A DNA stretch of 64,000 nucleotides from Hemiscyllium ocellatum (Eukaryota), in NCBI RefSeq assembly GCF_020745735.1, contig NC_083442.1:21987562-22051561 (forward strand). Reading direction: 5' to 3'. Numbering within the stretch: the first letter of the stretch is position 1; each line of letters starts with the position of its first letter. The position numbers were made by a program, and so were the translations under genes. The notes under the pieces were generated by a model. That model was not told where the DNA came from. It saw only the letters and a program-made list of their open reading frames with translations, and ran no database searches. Shown piece by piece: positions 12,250-23,945 of the stretch.

Positions 12250-12555
12250 CAGGTGGCATAGTGGCTCAGTGGTTCGATTCCAGCCTTGAGTGACTATCTG
12301 TTTGGAGTTTTCATGTTCTCTCTGTGTCTGTGTGGGTTTCCTCTGGGTGCTCTTGTTCCTTCCCAGCATCCAAAGTTGTGCAGGTTAGGTGGATTGGCCA
12401 TGCTAAATTGCCCCATAATATCCAGCGATGTGCAGGTTAGATGGATTGGCCAGGGAAATGCAGCATTTATAGGGTAGGGAGGGATGCTCTTCAGTGGGCT
12501 GGTGTGGGTGTGATGGGTAGAACGACCTGTTTCCATACTATAGGGATTCTATGAT
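12250..12555 (+). mobile_element. HE1-like SINE (degenerate)
   Basis: gtggctcagtggtt head, ggattggccatgctaaattgccc core, cctgtttccatactatagggattctatg tail. Confidence 0.75.
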
Positions 12556-12799
12556 TCTAGGTGTTTCTATGCCCGGTAGAGAAAAGACTATTTTTCAATT
12601 AACCACCAAGCAATGTGTTGGTGAGAGTAGGTTGCCCCTTCAAAGAAACATAGTTTGTGGAGCTTTAAAAGGGAGGGGTTTCGTAGAGGGTACCTCACTA
12701 TTAGGAGTCCATTTAATTATGCTCAGAAGATTGAATACGTGACTGTATTTCAGACACGAGATGATTCACCCTAGTGTGCCAAGGTGAAGAGATCCTGTC

Positions 12800-13145
12800 A
12801 GGGTGGCATGGTGGCTCAGTGGTTAGCACTACTGCCTCACGGCACCAGGGACCCAGTTCGATTCTAGCCTCGGATGACTGTGTGGAGTTTGCACATTGTC
12901 CCTGTTTCTATGTGGGTTTCCTCCAGGTGCTCCGATTTCCTCCCACAGTCCAAAGACGTGCAGGTTAGTTGACTTGGCCATGGGAAATTGCCCATAGTGT
13001 TCAGGGATGTGGAGGTTAGGTGCATTAATCTGGGTAAAAGTAGTGTAGCAGAGTAGGGCAATGAGTCTGGGTGGGTTACTCTTCAGAGGGTCAGTGTGGA
13101 CTTGTTGGGCTGAAGGGCCTGTTTCCACACGATAGGGATTCTGTG
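12800..13145 (+). mobile_element. HE1-like SINE
   Basis: gggtggcatggtggctcagtggttagcactactgcc head through gggcctgtttccacacgatagggattc tail. Confidence 0.85.
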
Positions 13146-14199
13146 TTATGGTATGTTGAACTCACAAATAGCTTTCTACCGAGAGTGTGGTGCAATGCAT
13201 GAGTATACTATGGACATTTCAGTTCTGTTGAGAAATAAGTGGGAAATACAGTTTCTGTAGTTAAGCATAGTTGCCTATTAAGTAATGTTTAGTCGGTGTT
13301 CATGTTAATTTGTTGCAGTGAAAACCTTAAAATGTGAAATTTTGTGTGTGGCCCTTTGCTTTGGTCAGAAGAAAATTGATATTTTATTGGTCTCTCTGGG
13401 ATTCACACCACCCACTGCTATCCTTTTTAAATTCCTTGTACCATTTGCGATAGAATCACTTACCTTCAAGCTATTCACAAGTGATCTCTTTTGTTCCGTT
13501 TCACCTTATCGCCTTCCTTGCTTTTGTACTTGTTACAGCTCTTTGCCTTCCAGTTCTGAATTGTTAACTCTGTACGCTTTTTTTTGTATTTTTTGATGTT
13601 ATTTCATTCAAATTGCAATGAAGAAAACGGAGTCTGCCTTAGAAGCACACATTAAAAGCAGGAGCCCTGACAGGATTACCTGTCTGTATTGGATGTAGAG
13701 TTCTGTGCGTTTGACTGATCTTTGCATCTGAATTAGTAATATATGGACTCTTGGCAATGAAAGACCACTTGGGAATGGCAAGAAAATCTGCTGTTCTATG
13801 CTAATTGTATGGGTTTTATCCCCCGTCCGAAATATTATATAGCAACAAAAACAAACTGCGGATGCTGGAATCCAACGTAGACAGACAGGAGGCTGGAAGA
13901 CCACACCAAGGCAGGCAGCATCAGGAGGGGAGGAGTCGACGTTTCGACTTGCTGAATATTGCATGGCATCTTTGCGAGGGGGAGAGGGGGTGGTGCTAGT
14001 GGTGTGGTGAGTGTGAAGTCCTGATTTTTTTTATATATAGTGTGGGAATTCTGGTGTTTTGAGATATGTTCTTTATCTTGGCTTGTAGTTCTTGTGAAAA
14101 AACTTCAGAGATGAGGTGATGGTGCCCAAAAGAAAGGCAGACCGATGTCAGGATGCCATCAAATGTTTGCTAGTCAATGATTCACTTCAAGTGTAAAAG

Positions 14200-14400
14200 T
14201 TGAAAAGTGTGGTGCTGGAAAAGCACAGCAGGCCAGGCAGCATCCGAGGAACAGGAGAACCGACGTTTCTGGGATAGCCCTTCAGGAAACGAAACGTCGA
14301 TTCTCCTGCTCCTCGGATGCTGCCTGGCCTGCTGTGTTTTTCCAGCACCACGCTTTTCAACTCTGGTCTCCAGCATCTGCAGTCCTCACTTTCTTCTTTA
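14200..14400. mobile_element. Palindromic Penelope-derived element with a 13-bp TSD
   Basis: Two inverted copies of the PLE 3' terminus meet near 14285. tcaagtgtaaaag is repeated at 14187-14199 and 14401-14413. Confidence 0.8.
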
Positions 14401-14419
14401 TCAAGTGTAAAAGGTCAAG

Positions 14420-14464
14420 GTGAAGTCGCCATAATCCTATCAAACTATTAGCTGCTCTGTTATT

Positions 14465-14524
<60 letters not shown>

Positions 14525-14650
14525 AGTGGTGGTTTAACCTAAGGGTTACCTCGTGAGGGGAGATGTTGAGAAAGAGAGTCCTTCATGGTAACCTCAAGCA
14601 GTGTAGGAATTGAACCCACTCTGTTGGGCGTCACTCTGCATTGCAAACCA
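14420..14650 (-). mobile_element. tRNA-derived SINE (third family) containing an (AG)27 microsatellite
   Basis: Reverse complement matches the + copy at 62400-62610 (gggttcaattcc B-box, gaggtta.catgaaggactctc). The AG run is 14467-14520. Confidence 0.65.
14467..14520. repeat. (AG)27 microsatellite
   Basis: Perfect dinucleotide run. Confidence 0.95.
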
Positions 14651-16179
14651 GCCATGCAGACAACCATGTAATGTATGAATCAATGTTGTCCATTTGCACC
14701 CAAGAATAATCTTGTGATGACCAGTTTCCTGTTCTGCTGATGGGGGTTGATGGATACCTTTCACTCCCATCACTCGAGGTGTGATGACCCTCAGGTAAAA
14801 CTAGTTCTTCTCTCTCATCACTCACTCACTCACTCATAGCAGAGCAGCCTATGGTCAGGTAGAACTAGATTGACTTTGCTGTGACCTTGTAAACTTAAAA
14901 TACTTCACTGACTGGCACACCCTTGATGGAATTATAGGCAAGATTAGTCTACGTTTATTAATCCCATGGGATCTGTTACGCCTACATGAAAGAGCGGATG
15001 GTGTCTCAAAGCGTGAAGATAACACTTCCAAACATTGAGGGATTGACACACTGTTACAATGGAGCATCAGCTGGGTTTTTCTGTTCTCCCAGATCCTGCG
15101 AGTGTCAAGTCCTTTCAACAGAGTTTCCGTATCGCTTTATATTATTCAGCACTAGTTTCTTGAAAATGTTCCCACTTAGCACACGAGTCTGCATGCTGGC
15201 TCCTCGCAGGGATCAGCCGTTGGGTCTTGTTGCCGGGTGAGTCATGAAAAATGTAGGGCATTGAAAGCTGTCTCTGTCAGGACATCGGAAGCTGGAATTA
15301 ATTCATGATGGGCTGAGAGCTTTTGGCTGCATTAATAATTAAGCTCATCCAGTCTCTTTCAAAAAGGAAGAAGGCAGGACATCGTCGAAATGCAAAGGAC
15401 TAAGGATTATTTGAATATCTGAGTCTGCTTTCTGCAGCTTGTCTATCTGTCGGTCAGCATTAATATGTGCTGCATGTTTGTATACCATTTGAAGCAAAAG
15501 TTTATTTGGCAATGGTTGAGTATTTGCAAGCTTCAGTTTATAGCTTCTGCCTTGAAGCATTCAGGAGATGATCAGAGTTACAGTGACCTCCTTGACAAAC
15601 CCCTTGACTAATTTCGGTCCGAAAGGATTTCTGCAGGCTGTATTCCTTACCCAATCTCAAGTTAATTTTGACCTATTTTATCACTTTTTTCCAGATTACT
15701 TGTTTTTGGGAAAAATGCTAATACAGTGATGCAGAAGTTTTTTTGGGGGACGGGGAGAAATGAACCAGAGCTTCTGTGTTTGCCCATCAATGTTCCCACC
15801 TCTCGATCTCAATTTCATAAGTGGGTGGTGATTGTTGCAGTTTTGAGTGTTTGCGATTGTTCACTGCTGCCAACTCTCCTTTCTAATGAACTGTTCAGAC
15901 ATGCCATTATTCGCCTGCTCTGGAGCAGGATGGTAGTTGAACCCAGGCATTCTAGCCCAGAGGTGGGGACACGATCAGTTCACCACAAAAGTCCTTTAAA
16001 CAGAGCAGTTAACAGATTATGGATAGGGATAGGATTCAACTTCACACATGCAAAGCTCATTAGTTGAGCAGTCCACTGCATAAACCTCTCCGCTACCCTG
16101 TTGCAACTTTCTATTTTTTTCCGATGGTCTGTCTAATTGCGATGGAGGATCGACCACTATAATGTCTTAAAAGTCATAA

Positions 16180-16560
16180 AGCTTTTATAGTATGGAAAGA
16201 AGCCCTTCAGCCCATTGTGTCTGCACTAGTCATCAAGCATCTATCTGTTTCTAATCCCAGTTTCCAGTTCTTGGTCCGTAGCCTTGTATGCGAGGGTGCT
16301 TCAAGTGCTCATGTAAATATCTTTAGGGCTCCCCCATCCACCATCCTTTAGGTGGTGAGTTCCAGATCCACACAGTTCTCTGGGTAAAAGCAAATTTTCA
16401 AGTCCCCTCTAAACCTTCTGGTCCTGGCCGTGAAGCTGTGAGCCCTGGTTATTGATCCCTCTACTAAGGGGAAAGGTTTCTTCCTGTAGTGCTGTCTCTG
16501 ACCCTCAGCCTGCTGTGCTCTGAGGAAAACATCCCTAGGATATCTAGGCTGTAAAAAGAT
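16180..16560 (-). mobile_element. CR1 3' fragment
   Basis: ggaaagaagcccttcagcccattgtg tail and gagccctggttattgatccctctactaaggggaaagg body. Confidence 0.6.
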
Positions 16561-16997
16561 GAGGCAATAAATTATGTCTTGTGATAGCAGTAGGTACAAT
16601 TATTATCACATGTTAGGCATATTTCCAACACTCAGGAGCCAGGTATGTCACATCTGTCTCCATCAGGATCTAATGCAAGACTAATTTGTTTCCTGAGACT
16701 GTGTGTCGTCATTAGATTGGGTGGAGCTCAATACAGCTCAATATTAACTCTTGATTACCTTACACAATGTTGAGCAGTAAAATACTGCATGGTAAAAGTA
16801 AGACCTTCAGTAATTAGTGTCTTTGCAAATTTTGGAATGTTCCAAAGCAGTTTACAGCCAATGAAGGACTTTTTGAGATGTCAGAAATCAGTCACACCAG
16901 TTTTGTCCAACAAACTGATTTGAAATCACTAGCTTTCCAAGTGCTGCTCCTTCGTCAGGTGAAGGGGAGGGAAGTGCACCTTTTTGAGATGTAGTGG

Positions 16998-17585
16998 TGA
17001 CTGTCTGTGTGGACATTCTCCCCATGTCAGTGTGGGTTTCCTCTGGATGCTTTGGTTCCCTCCCACAGTCCAAAAACGTGCCGGTTAGGTGGATTGGTCA
17101 TGCTAAATTGCCCTGTAGTGTATAGGTGAGGTAGGTTAACTATGGTAATCATTAGAATGGAATCCCTACAGTGTGAAAGCAGGCCAATCGGTCCATCACA
17201 TCCAAACCAACCCTCCGAAGAGCATCCCACCCAGACCCTCCCACTACCCTATCCCTGTAATCCTGTATTTCTCATGGCTAATCCACCTAGCCAGCACTTT
17301 GCTGGACACGATGGGCAATTTTAGCATGGCCCATCTACTTAATCTATGGGAGGGAAACCAGAGCACCCAGAGGAAACCTGCGCAGATAAGGGGAGAATGT
17401 GCAAACTCCGCACAGACAGTCGCCTGAGGCTGGAATCAAGCCCAGGACCTTGGCACAGTAGGGCGGCAGTGTTAACCACTAAGTGTGAAGTTAAGGGGAT
17501 AGGGTGAGTTGCTATTTGGAGGGTCGGTGCAGATTCAACTGTCCAAATGGCCTCTATCTGCACTATTGAGGTTCTATGATTCTAT
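16998..17585 (+). mobile_element. HE1 SINE (+) interrupted by an antisense HE1 (17151-17484)
   Basis: Host core 16998-17150 resumes at 17485 (gtgaagttaaggggatagg...gaggttctatgattctatg). The insert is a near full-length minus copy. Confidence 0.75.
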
Positions 17586-17589
17586 GAAA

Positions 17590-17895
17590 GATTGTAATGA
17601 ACTTGCACGCAGCAAGCTGCCTCAAATAGCAATGTAACCATGGTTGTCTGGTGGTGTTGGGCGATAAATATTAACCAGGATAGGGGGAAGAACATTCATT
17701 CTCCTTTTCAAAGTGGGATTGTTTTGAACCATTTGAGTGGCAAGGCCCCACAGATCACACCTGGACAATGGGATATGTCAGAGGAAGGTGACTTCACCAG
17801 TGGATTTCTTTGTCCTCTGTAAGTACTATGCAAGGACCTGCCACCAGGGCAGTCACTGGTTAGCAGTCTGAAGTTCTGGGCTCGCACTGGAGTCA
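17590..17895 (-). mobile_element. Deu-domain (SacSINE1/AmnSINE1-like) SINE remnant
   Basis: Reverse complement of the Deu core (ggttaatatttatcgccc...acattgctatttgaggcagcttgctgcgtgcaa). Confidence 0.55.
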
Positions 17896-18024
17896 ATCTA
17901 TCATTGTCTCACTCCTATCAATCCAGTGAGGCAAGAGTTTCGAGAATGATTGATTGCGTCCGTAAAATTTGAGCAATTTCTCAGCCCTTGAAGGACAAGA
18001 GATTTACTTCTTAACAAATGAGAA

Positions 18025-18180
18025 TGTCCACTGTGTTCAGGGATGTGTAGTTTAGGTGCATTAGTCAGGGGCAATTTAAAGTAATAGGGTAGGGGAATGG
18101 GTCTGGGTGGGATACTCTTCGGAGGGTTGATGTGGACTTGTTGGGCCAAATAGCCTGTTTCCACACCGTAGGGATTCTAT
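18025..18180 (+). mobile_element. HE1/HER1 3' part
   Basis: gggtctgggtgggatactcttcggagggttgatgtggacttgttgggcc...gtagggattctatg. Confidence 0.75.
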
Positions 18181-19981
18181 GAATGCAGTTGAAATGTGTT
18201 TTTCTTTTTATCAATGAGTGCTTTCTTTCCTGAGCATCATGATTTGTTCTCTGGTAAGGTTGAAGATTGTGGTTCTGTGCATTTTGCACCATAAACTCAT
18301 TGTGAACAGTTTGGAGTGCATCTCTGCAGGGAATTAGCACTGGAGGAACAAGCTGTCATTGCACTGATATTATCCCAGAGCCTCCAGGTATTTGCCCCAC
18401 ATGGTAGCACTAAGGATTGCAAAACTGAAGTCCGAAAGAACTGGAAGGGTTAAACGTTCCTTTTGAGTTTTCTCAAAAGTGTGCGGATGCACTTCGTATG
18501 AGGTAACATGCCGCCACCCATCTCCCCCCACCGACTGGAGAGATCATTCACCCAATTCGCTGTCAATAGCCATGTCTAAGAGCTAATGGTGAGCAATGAT
18601 GAGCATCTTGACCTCTCACAGGCCTTAACACTGCTGGTCATTCAGTGTAACGCTAACAGCTTCTAGGCCCTTAAGCCTACAGCTCAAGGCCTTCTTGGCG
18701 CTGGATTCTGCTGTTCAGAGCCATATCCTTACCAGCCATCTGTGCGGCTGATTACCCCCAGATGAGGCAGTTGGAGGATAAACTCCCACCATCCCCAACC
18801 CAACAGGCAGGACACTATGGAGCCTGGACGGGAAACTAGTTGATCTTTCTGCCTGACTGGTGAGCAAGGAGGTGGTGAGTCAAGGTCTTTATGTGGCTAT
18901 TAATTGACCATTTAAGCACTTCTCTCATCCCTGACAATTTGGGAAAATTGCCCTTGACCCTCCTTGACCCACTTGATTGGTGAGGTGGCATGAAACAGGT
19001 GAGTTTCTCTCCAGTGCCAACTTCCCCAAATATTGCCCCCCTCTTGTCAACTCCCAAGAGGGAGCATTTACTCCCTCTGTTCCTACGTTCTCATAGAGCA
19101 AAACATTTTTACTGCTTGTAAAAACAGGGGGCCCTTTTGTGTCCCAGAAGTGGATCCTGTGGAAAATGTCCCTTCTCCAATATTGCTTTTAAATAGAAAA
19201 CAGAACAGTGACCCAGTTTTTTTTTTGCAGATCGTGTGAGCTGTTGTTGCCGTCCTTGCTGATTAGAGACTGGGAGGGTAAAGTTGAGCCTGGGAACTCT
19301 TAAGCAAGGCGAGATGGTCAAGAGGGACTGAAATGAAGTAAGGAGAGGGGGAAATTTGTGTTTTTGTGCCAAGGCAGCGGCCAGGGTCACAGAGTGGCAA
19401 TCAGTAATCCCCCTTGCAATCTACTATCCAGCTGCTCTAGAAAGTAGCACAGTTCACTGTTGTCCATGGAAATGGAGAGGAGGAGGGGTAATGGGTGGAT
19501 AAAAAGAAATGATTTGATTGAATTGTGTGGAAAATAAAAGCCATTCACCCACTTTCATCCACTTTCAGCCACTATGGATAGCTGATTGACTGACTAAATT
19601 AATAATGAGCTATTTGTTTAATTATTCATATCTTCTCTTTGGAATTGCCAGCTGGGAGACACTGTGAGTAAACCACAGAAGCAATTGTAATTGAGGCTAA
19701 TGTGTAAATAACATAATAGTGGTCATTAAAAGAATTGACAGCATAGATGATGGCCACTCATGAGCTGTTTCTGCCCCAGATGAGCCTTCTCCCATCCTAC
19801 CATTTACTATAATGAACCATTTCACTCTGCTTTCTCTCTGCACAGATGCTGCCAGGCATGCTGAGTTTCTCCAGCCATTTCTATTCTTTTGTTTCTGATT
19901 TCCAGCATCTGTGGTTCTTTGTTTTTATTTAGGATCAACCTGCTTGGTTGTGATTTTGTCTGCTTATTCTAATGGCTAGAG

Positions 19982-20305
19982 GGGGAGGTGGTGACCTAGT
20001 GGTATTATCGCTGGTTAATCCATACACCCAGGTAATGTTCTCGGTTTGAATCCTGCCACGGTAAATGGTGGAATTTGAATTCAATGTTTAAAAAGAAATC
20101 TGGAATTACGAGTCTGATGATGACCATGAATCAATTGTTGAGAAAAGCCCATCTGGTGCCTTTAGGGAGGGAAGCTGCCATCCTTACCTCGTCTGGCCTA
20201 CATATAAATCCAGACCCATAGCAATGTGGTTGACTTTTAACTGCCCTCTAGGATGGGCCAATGCTGGTCTAGCCAATGGTGCCCCCATCTCGCGAGTGAA
20301 TAAAA
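19982..20305 (+). mobile_element. tRNA-derived SINE (second family, L2-type tail)
   Basis: gtggtgacctagtggt A-box, ggtttgaatcc B-box, tail gctggtctagcc...gtgaataaaa. Other copies at ~51945-52285, 53034-53150 and 58335-58900. Confidence 0.7.
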
Positions 20306-20429
20306 CACAACAAATCTAACAGGGACTCAATATTTCCCTCCTTTCCCTTCTCCTACTAATCCTTAAATATGAGTGTGCATGCAGAGTCTGACAGAATTCT
20401 CACTCTGGTTTTTTTTTAACCATCCCCAG

Positions 20430-20771
20430 GAGTCTTCAAGATCCAAGTACCCGAAGTCCCCGTGGTTGCCATCTTTGGAAAAGACATCACCCTGAACTGT
20501 TCCTTCACCACCAATGCCACTTTCTCCCTGGGCGACCTCAGTATCATTTGGCAGCTCACGGAGACCCGGAAGATGGTGCACAAGTACCCACACCAGCCGG
20601 ACCAGCAGGCGGACAACTTTGTGAACAGGACAGCGCTGTTCACCGAGGAGCTGGAAAAGGGCAATGCTTCTTTGCTGTTGAGGCATGTCCGGATTGAGGA
20701 TGAGGGCAGCTTCACCTGCTTTGTGAGAATTAAAAGCCACCAGAGTGCTTCCATCATGCTCCGATTGGCAG
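20430..20771 (+). CDS. CD276: CD276 (B7-H3) IgV-domain exon
   Basis: Acceptor tttttttaaccatccccag, donor G|gtacga, 342 nt, phase 1-1. Translation VFKIQVPEVPVVAIFGKDITLNCSF...DLSIIWQLTETRKMVH...NRTALF...GNASLLL..VRIEDEGSFTCFVRI matches mammalian B7-H3 IgV (VQVPEDPVVALVG..ATLCCSF...LIWQLTDTKQLVH...NRTALF...GNASL.L..VRVADEGSFTCFVSI). Confidence 0.95.
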
Positions 20772-20879
20772 GTACGAGAATGTGACATTGTGCCCACAGC
20801 AATGGGGTGACCTACATCGGCTCCCAGTGTGATATTGCCACCACTGAAGCATATCCTCCCTACTTTGTGCAGTTAATTC

Positions 20880-21630
20880 CCTCATGACAAATGATAGCAT
20901 CATTCCTAATTACTACTTGTACCTGCATACTAACACTTTGTGATTCATGCACAAGGACACCTAGGTCCCTCTCATATCTCAGAGCTCCGCAATGTCCCAA
21001 AATGATGATTTTTGCATTCTACACATCAAAATGAACAAATCCACATTTTTCCACATTATGCTTCATTTTCTAGTTCTTTATTCACTCACTCATCTTTTTT
21101 GCATCCTCCTCTGTCCTCTTTGCTCTTGATTTCCTGCATATTTTTGTCATCAACAAAATCAGCAACAGTACCTTCTGACCCGTCATCTAAGTCGTTTGTA
21201 TAAATTTGTGACTAGTTGAGGGTCCAGCTTTAATGTTCATGGCACTTCCTTGGTGACATATTGTGAAACCTGTAAAAGACCCATTAATGCCTCCTCAATG
21301 TTTCTTGTTAGCCGGTTAACTTTCTCTCCACGGCAACATGCTACCCAGTCACACCATGAGCTTTCATCTCTTCAATATCCTTTGATATAGCACCTTATCA
21401 AATGCCTTCTGAAAATCCAAGTATAGTGCATCTGCCAGTTCCTCTTTATCCACATTATGTATTACCTTTCCAGTAGATTCTGTAAACATGATTCCTCTTT
21501 CAGGAAATCATGTTGACTCTGCCTGATTATCATGAACTTCTCCAAGTGTCCTGCTATAATGCCTTCAACAATAGCTTTGAACATTTTCTCTATGACAGTC
21601 ATTAAGTTACGTGACTTGTAATTTCTTGCT
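20880..21630 (-). mobile_element. Degenerate CR1 RT fragment in the CD276 intron
   Basis: caccttatcaaatgccttctgaaaatccaagtatag and aaatcatgttgactctgcc are antisense CR1 RT motifs. Confidence 0.65.
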
Positions 21631-22319
21631 CTCTGTTTCTCTCAATTTTTCTGAGCAAAGAAGCTACATCTTCCAATGTAATGGTGTCATCCCTGAATCA
21701 AGGAGGTTTTGGAAAATTAAAACCAATGCATCACCATTTCACGAGGAACCAGGGGAGCTGCTCCTCACTGGGCATTGCTTGTCACAGTGTGGGCAGAATT
21801 AGAGAGTCATAAAAAAAGATAGAAAGAAAGAAATGTGAAGTAGACCAGCTAATATGACATGATAGAATTTATAGAAATGTCTTCCAAGAAAGTAACAGAA
21901 AGTGTTCAGTTTGATATATGTCTGATTACCACATTTTGTTGTATTTAATCTTGAAACTATAATAAACAGTGTAATAAAGACTAAGCCTGAAAACATTCTC
22001 TGACTCATGGACCTGACTCTCTTGAGTCAAACGTCTGAAAGTGGGCATAAAACCACATGAGAAATGTAAAGGCTGGCTGACAGGAAAGTGGAATTGAGAC
22101 CACAACCAGGTCTCAACCAGGCTAAGCAGCCTTGAAGGTCCAAATGGCATAATCCAGCTCCTGTATCTCTGACGCTATTTGTCTTGCATTCACCAAGACA
22201 AATTCAAGAATGCCAGATTTTGAAATGTGGAAGTCTCGCTTTTGGCTCGATAAGTCAAATGTCAGCGTTAGTCCATTGAGCCCATCAAGACTTCTCCGCT
22301 ATTCAGTCATGACTGACAA

Positions 22320-22450
22320 GTTTCTCATCCCCATTTTTCTGCCTTCTCCTCATAACCCCTGATCCCCTTGACAATCAAGAACCTATCTATCTCAGTCTTA
22401 AATACACTCAATGACCTGGCCTCCACAGCCTGCTGTGGCAGTGAATTCCA
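22320..22450 (-). mobile_element. CR1 3' end fragment
   Basis: ORF 22325-22546 ends LWNSLPQQAVEARSLSVFKTEIDRFLIVKGIRGY. Confidence 0.8.
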
Positions 22451-22637
22451 TAGACACACAGTCAGTAAAATTGAGATAAGGAATGAAATGAATATAAGAT
22501 GGTGTTGATTGGACTGGTCAGGACCTGGAGAAATACTAATGGCCAAATGGCTGCAGAGAAGTCATGAAGTACTTTTGGAATGAAACGTGTCGGACTGGTT
22601 GAGAGTATTTGCCTTACTTATACTTCTGTTGTTTCAG

Positions 22638-22934
22638 CTTCTTACTCCAAACCCAACCTGCACTTGGAACCCAACAAGAATCTCAAGCCTGGTGATGAGG
22701 TAGCCATTGCTTGTCACTCTTCTGGCGGTTACCCCCAAGCTACGGTGCAATGGCATGATGGGAAAGGGAGCAATATCACCGAGAATGTCACCACTTCGCA
22801 GGTAGCCAATGAGGAGGGTCTGTTTGATGTCCGCAGTGTGATCCGGGTGATACTGGAGCCCAACAGCACGTACAGTTGCCTGGTGAGGAACGAGCTGCTG
22901 AATGAGGAGACCCAAGCCTTGGCAACCATTACAG
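22638..22934 (+). CDS. CD276: CD276 (B7-H3) IgC-domain exon
   Basis: Acceptor ttctgttgtttcag, donor ACAG|gtcagt, 297 nt, phase 1-1. Translation (A)SYSKPNLHLEPNKNLKPGDEVAIACHSSGGYPQATVQWHDGKGSNITENVTTSQVANEEGLFDVRSVIRVILEPNSTYSCLVRN...ATIT(G) matches human [26 protein letters not shown]...NVTTSQMANEQGLFDV...TYSCLVRN...VTITG. Confidence 0.95.
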
Positions 22935-23464
22935 GTCAGTTGCACACTGCTGTCGCCAACTTGGCGATCTGAGGTCTGCAAAATATAATAGGACATTGTA
23001 ACAGCACAACTTTCACAGCATCCATTCCAATTACTGTGAGCTGCCTCCAAGGAGTTCTGAAGTGTTTGAAACATCTGTTCATCCATTCTGCTCTGCAGTG
23101 AACCAGCTGAAAATCACTCAACATCACAATAGGATATCGGCAAAAACATGTTTAGAAATTTTGATGGGCAATTTTTTTTCTTTTTAGAAGGGAGAGTGCG
23201 GGAAAATGCGCTGTTTCCAATTTTCTAACCATTTAAACCCATTACAAGTGTGGAAAATGATGGCAGTGTGGCAGAAGCCTTGCAGTATCTGGATGAGTGC
23301 GATTAGTAAATGTTATCTCTTCAAATGTTTTCATTTATAGCTGGTTACAACGTTTTCCTAGACTTTTGTGAAGGCTAACATGGTAGATCTTTGGTAAAGG
23401 AGTTGAGTGCATTTACTGTAGATCAGGTAAGTAAGGAGGAACTGTTTCCACTGGCAGACAAGTC

Positions 23465-23945
23465 ATAGAGTCATACAGCCAAGAAACAGACCTTTTGGTC
23501 AAACCAGTCCATGCCAAACATAATCCAAGACTGAACTAGTCCCACCTGCCTGCTCCCGGCCGATATCCCTCCAAATCTTTCCTATTATGTACTAATCCAA
23601 ATGTATTTTAAATGTTGTAATTGTACCCACGTTCATCATTTCCTCAGGAAGTTCATTCCAACTTGAGCTACCCTCTGAGTAAAACATTTGCATGCCATAT
23701 CTTTTTTAAATTGCTCTCCTCTCACCTTAAAAATGTGCCCCGAGTCTTGAAATCCCCCATCCTAGGGAAAAAGACAACTACTATTAACTCTATCTATACC
23801 TCTCATTATTTTATAAACCCCAGCCTATCCAACCTTTCTTTCTCATTCAAACGTTCTGTACCTGGCAACATCCTGGTAAATCTCTTCTGAACCCTCTCCA
23901 GCTTAATAATATCCTTCCAATAACCGAGCGACCAGAACTGGACAA
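23465..23945 (-). mobile_element. HER1/CR1 3' fragment
   Basis: tcatagagtcatacagccaagaaacagaccttttggtc tail; gaccagaactggaca at the 5' truncation. Confidence 0.75.

Noticed and set aside
11763-12293. 176-aa ORF
   Set aside because: Runs across a PLE family B arm and into an HE1 head, so it is a chance composite.
18430-19040. MITE/Harbinger-like non-autonomous element
   Set aside because: Composition is suggestive, but I could not identify terminal inverted repeats or a TSD.
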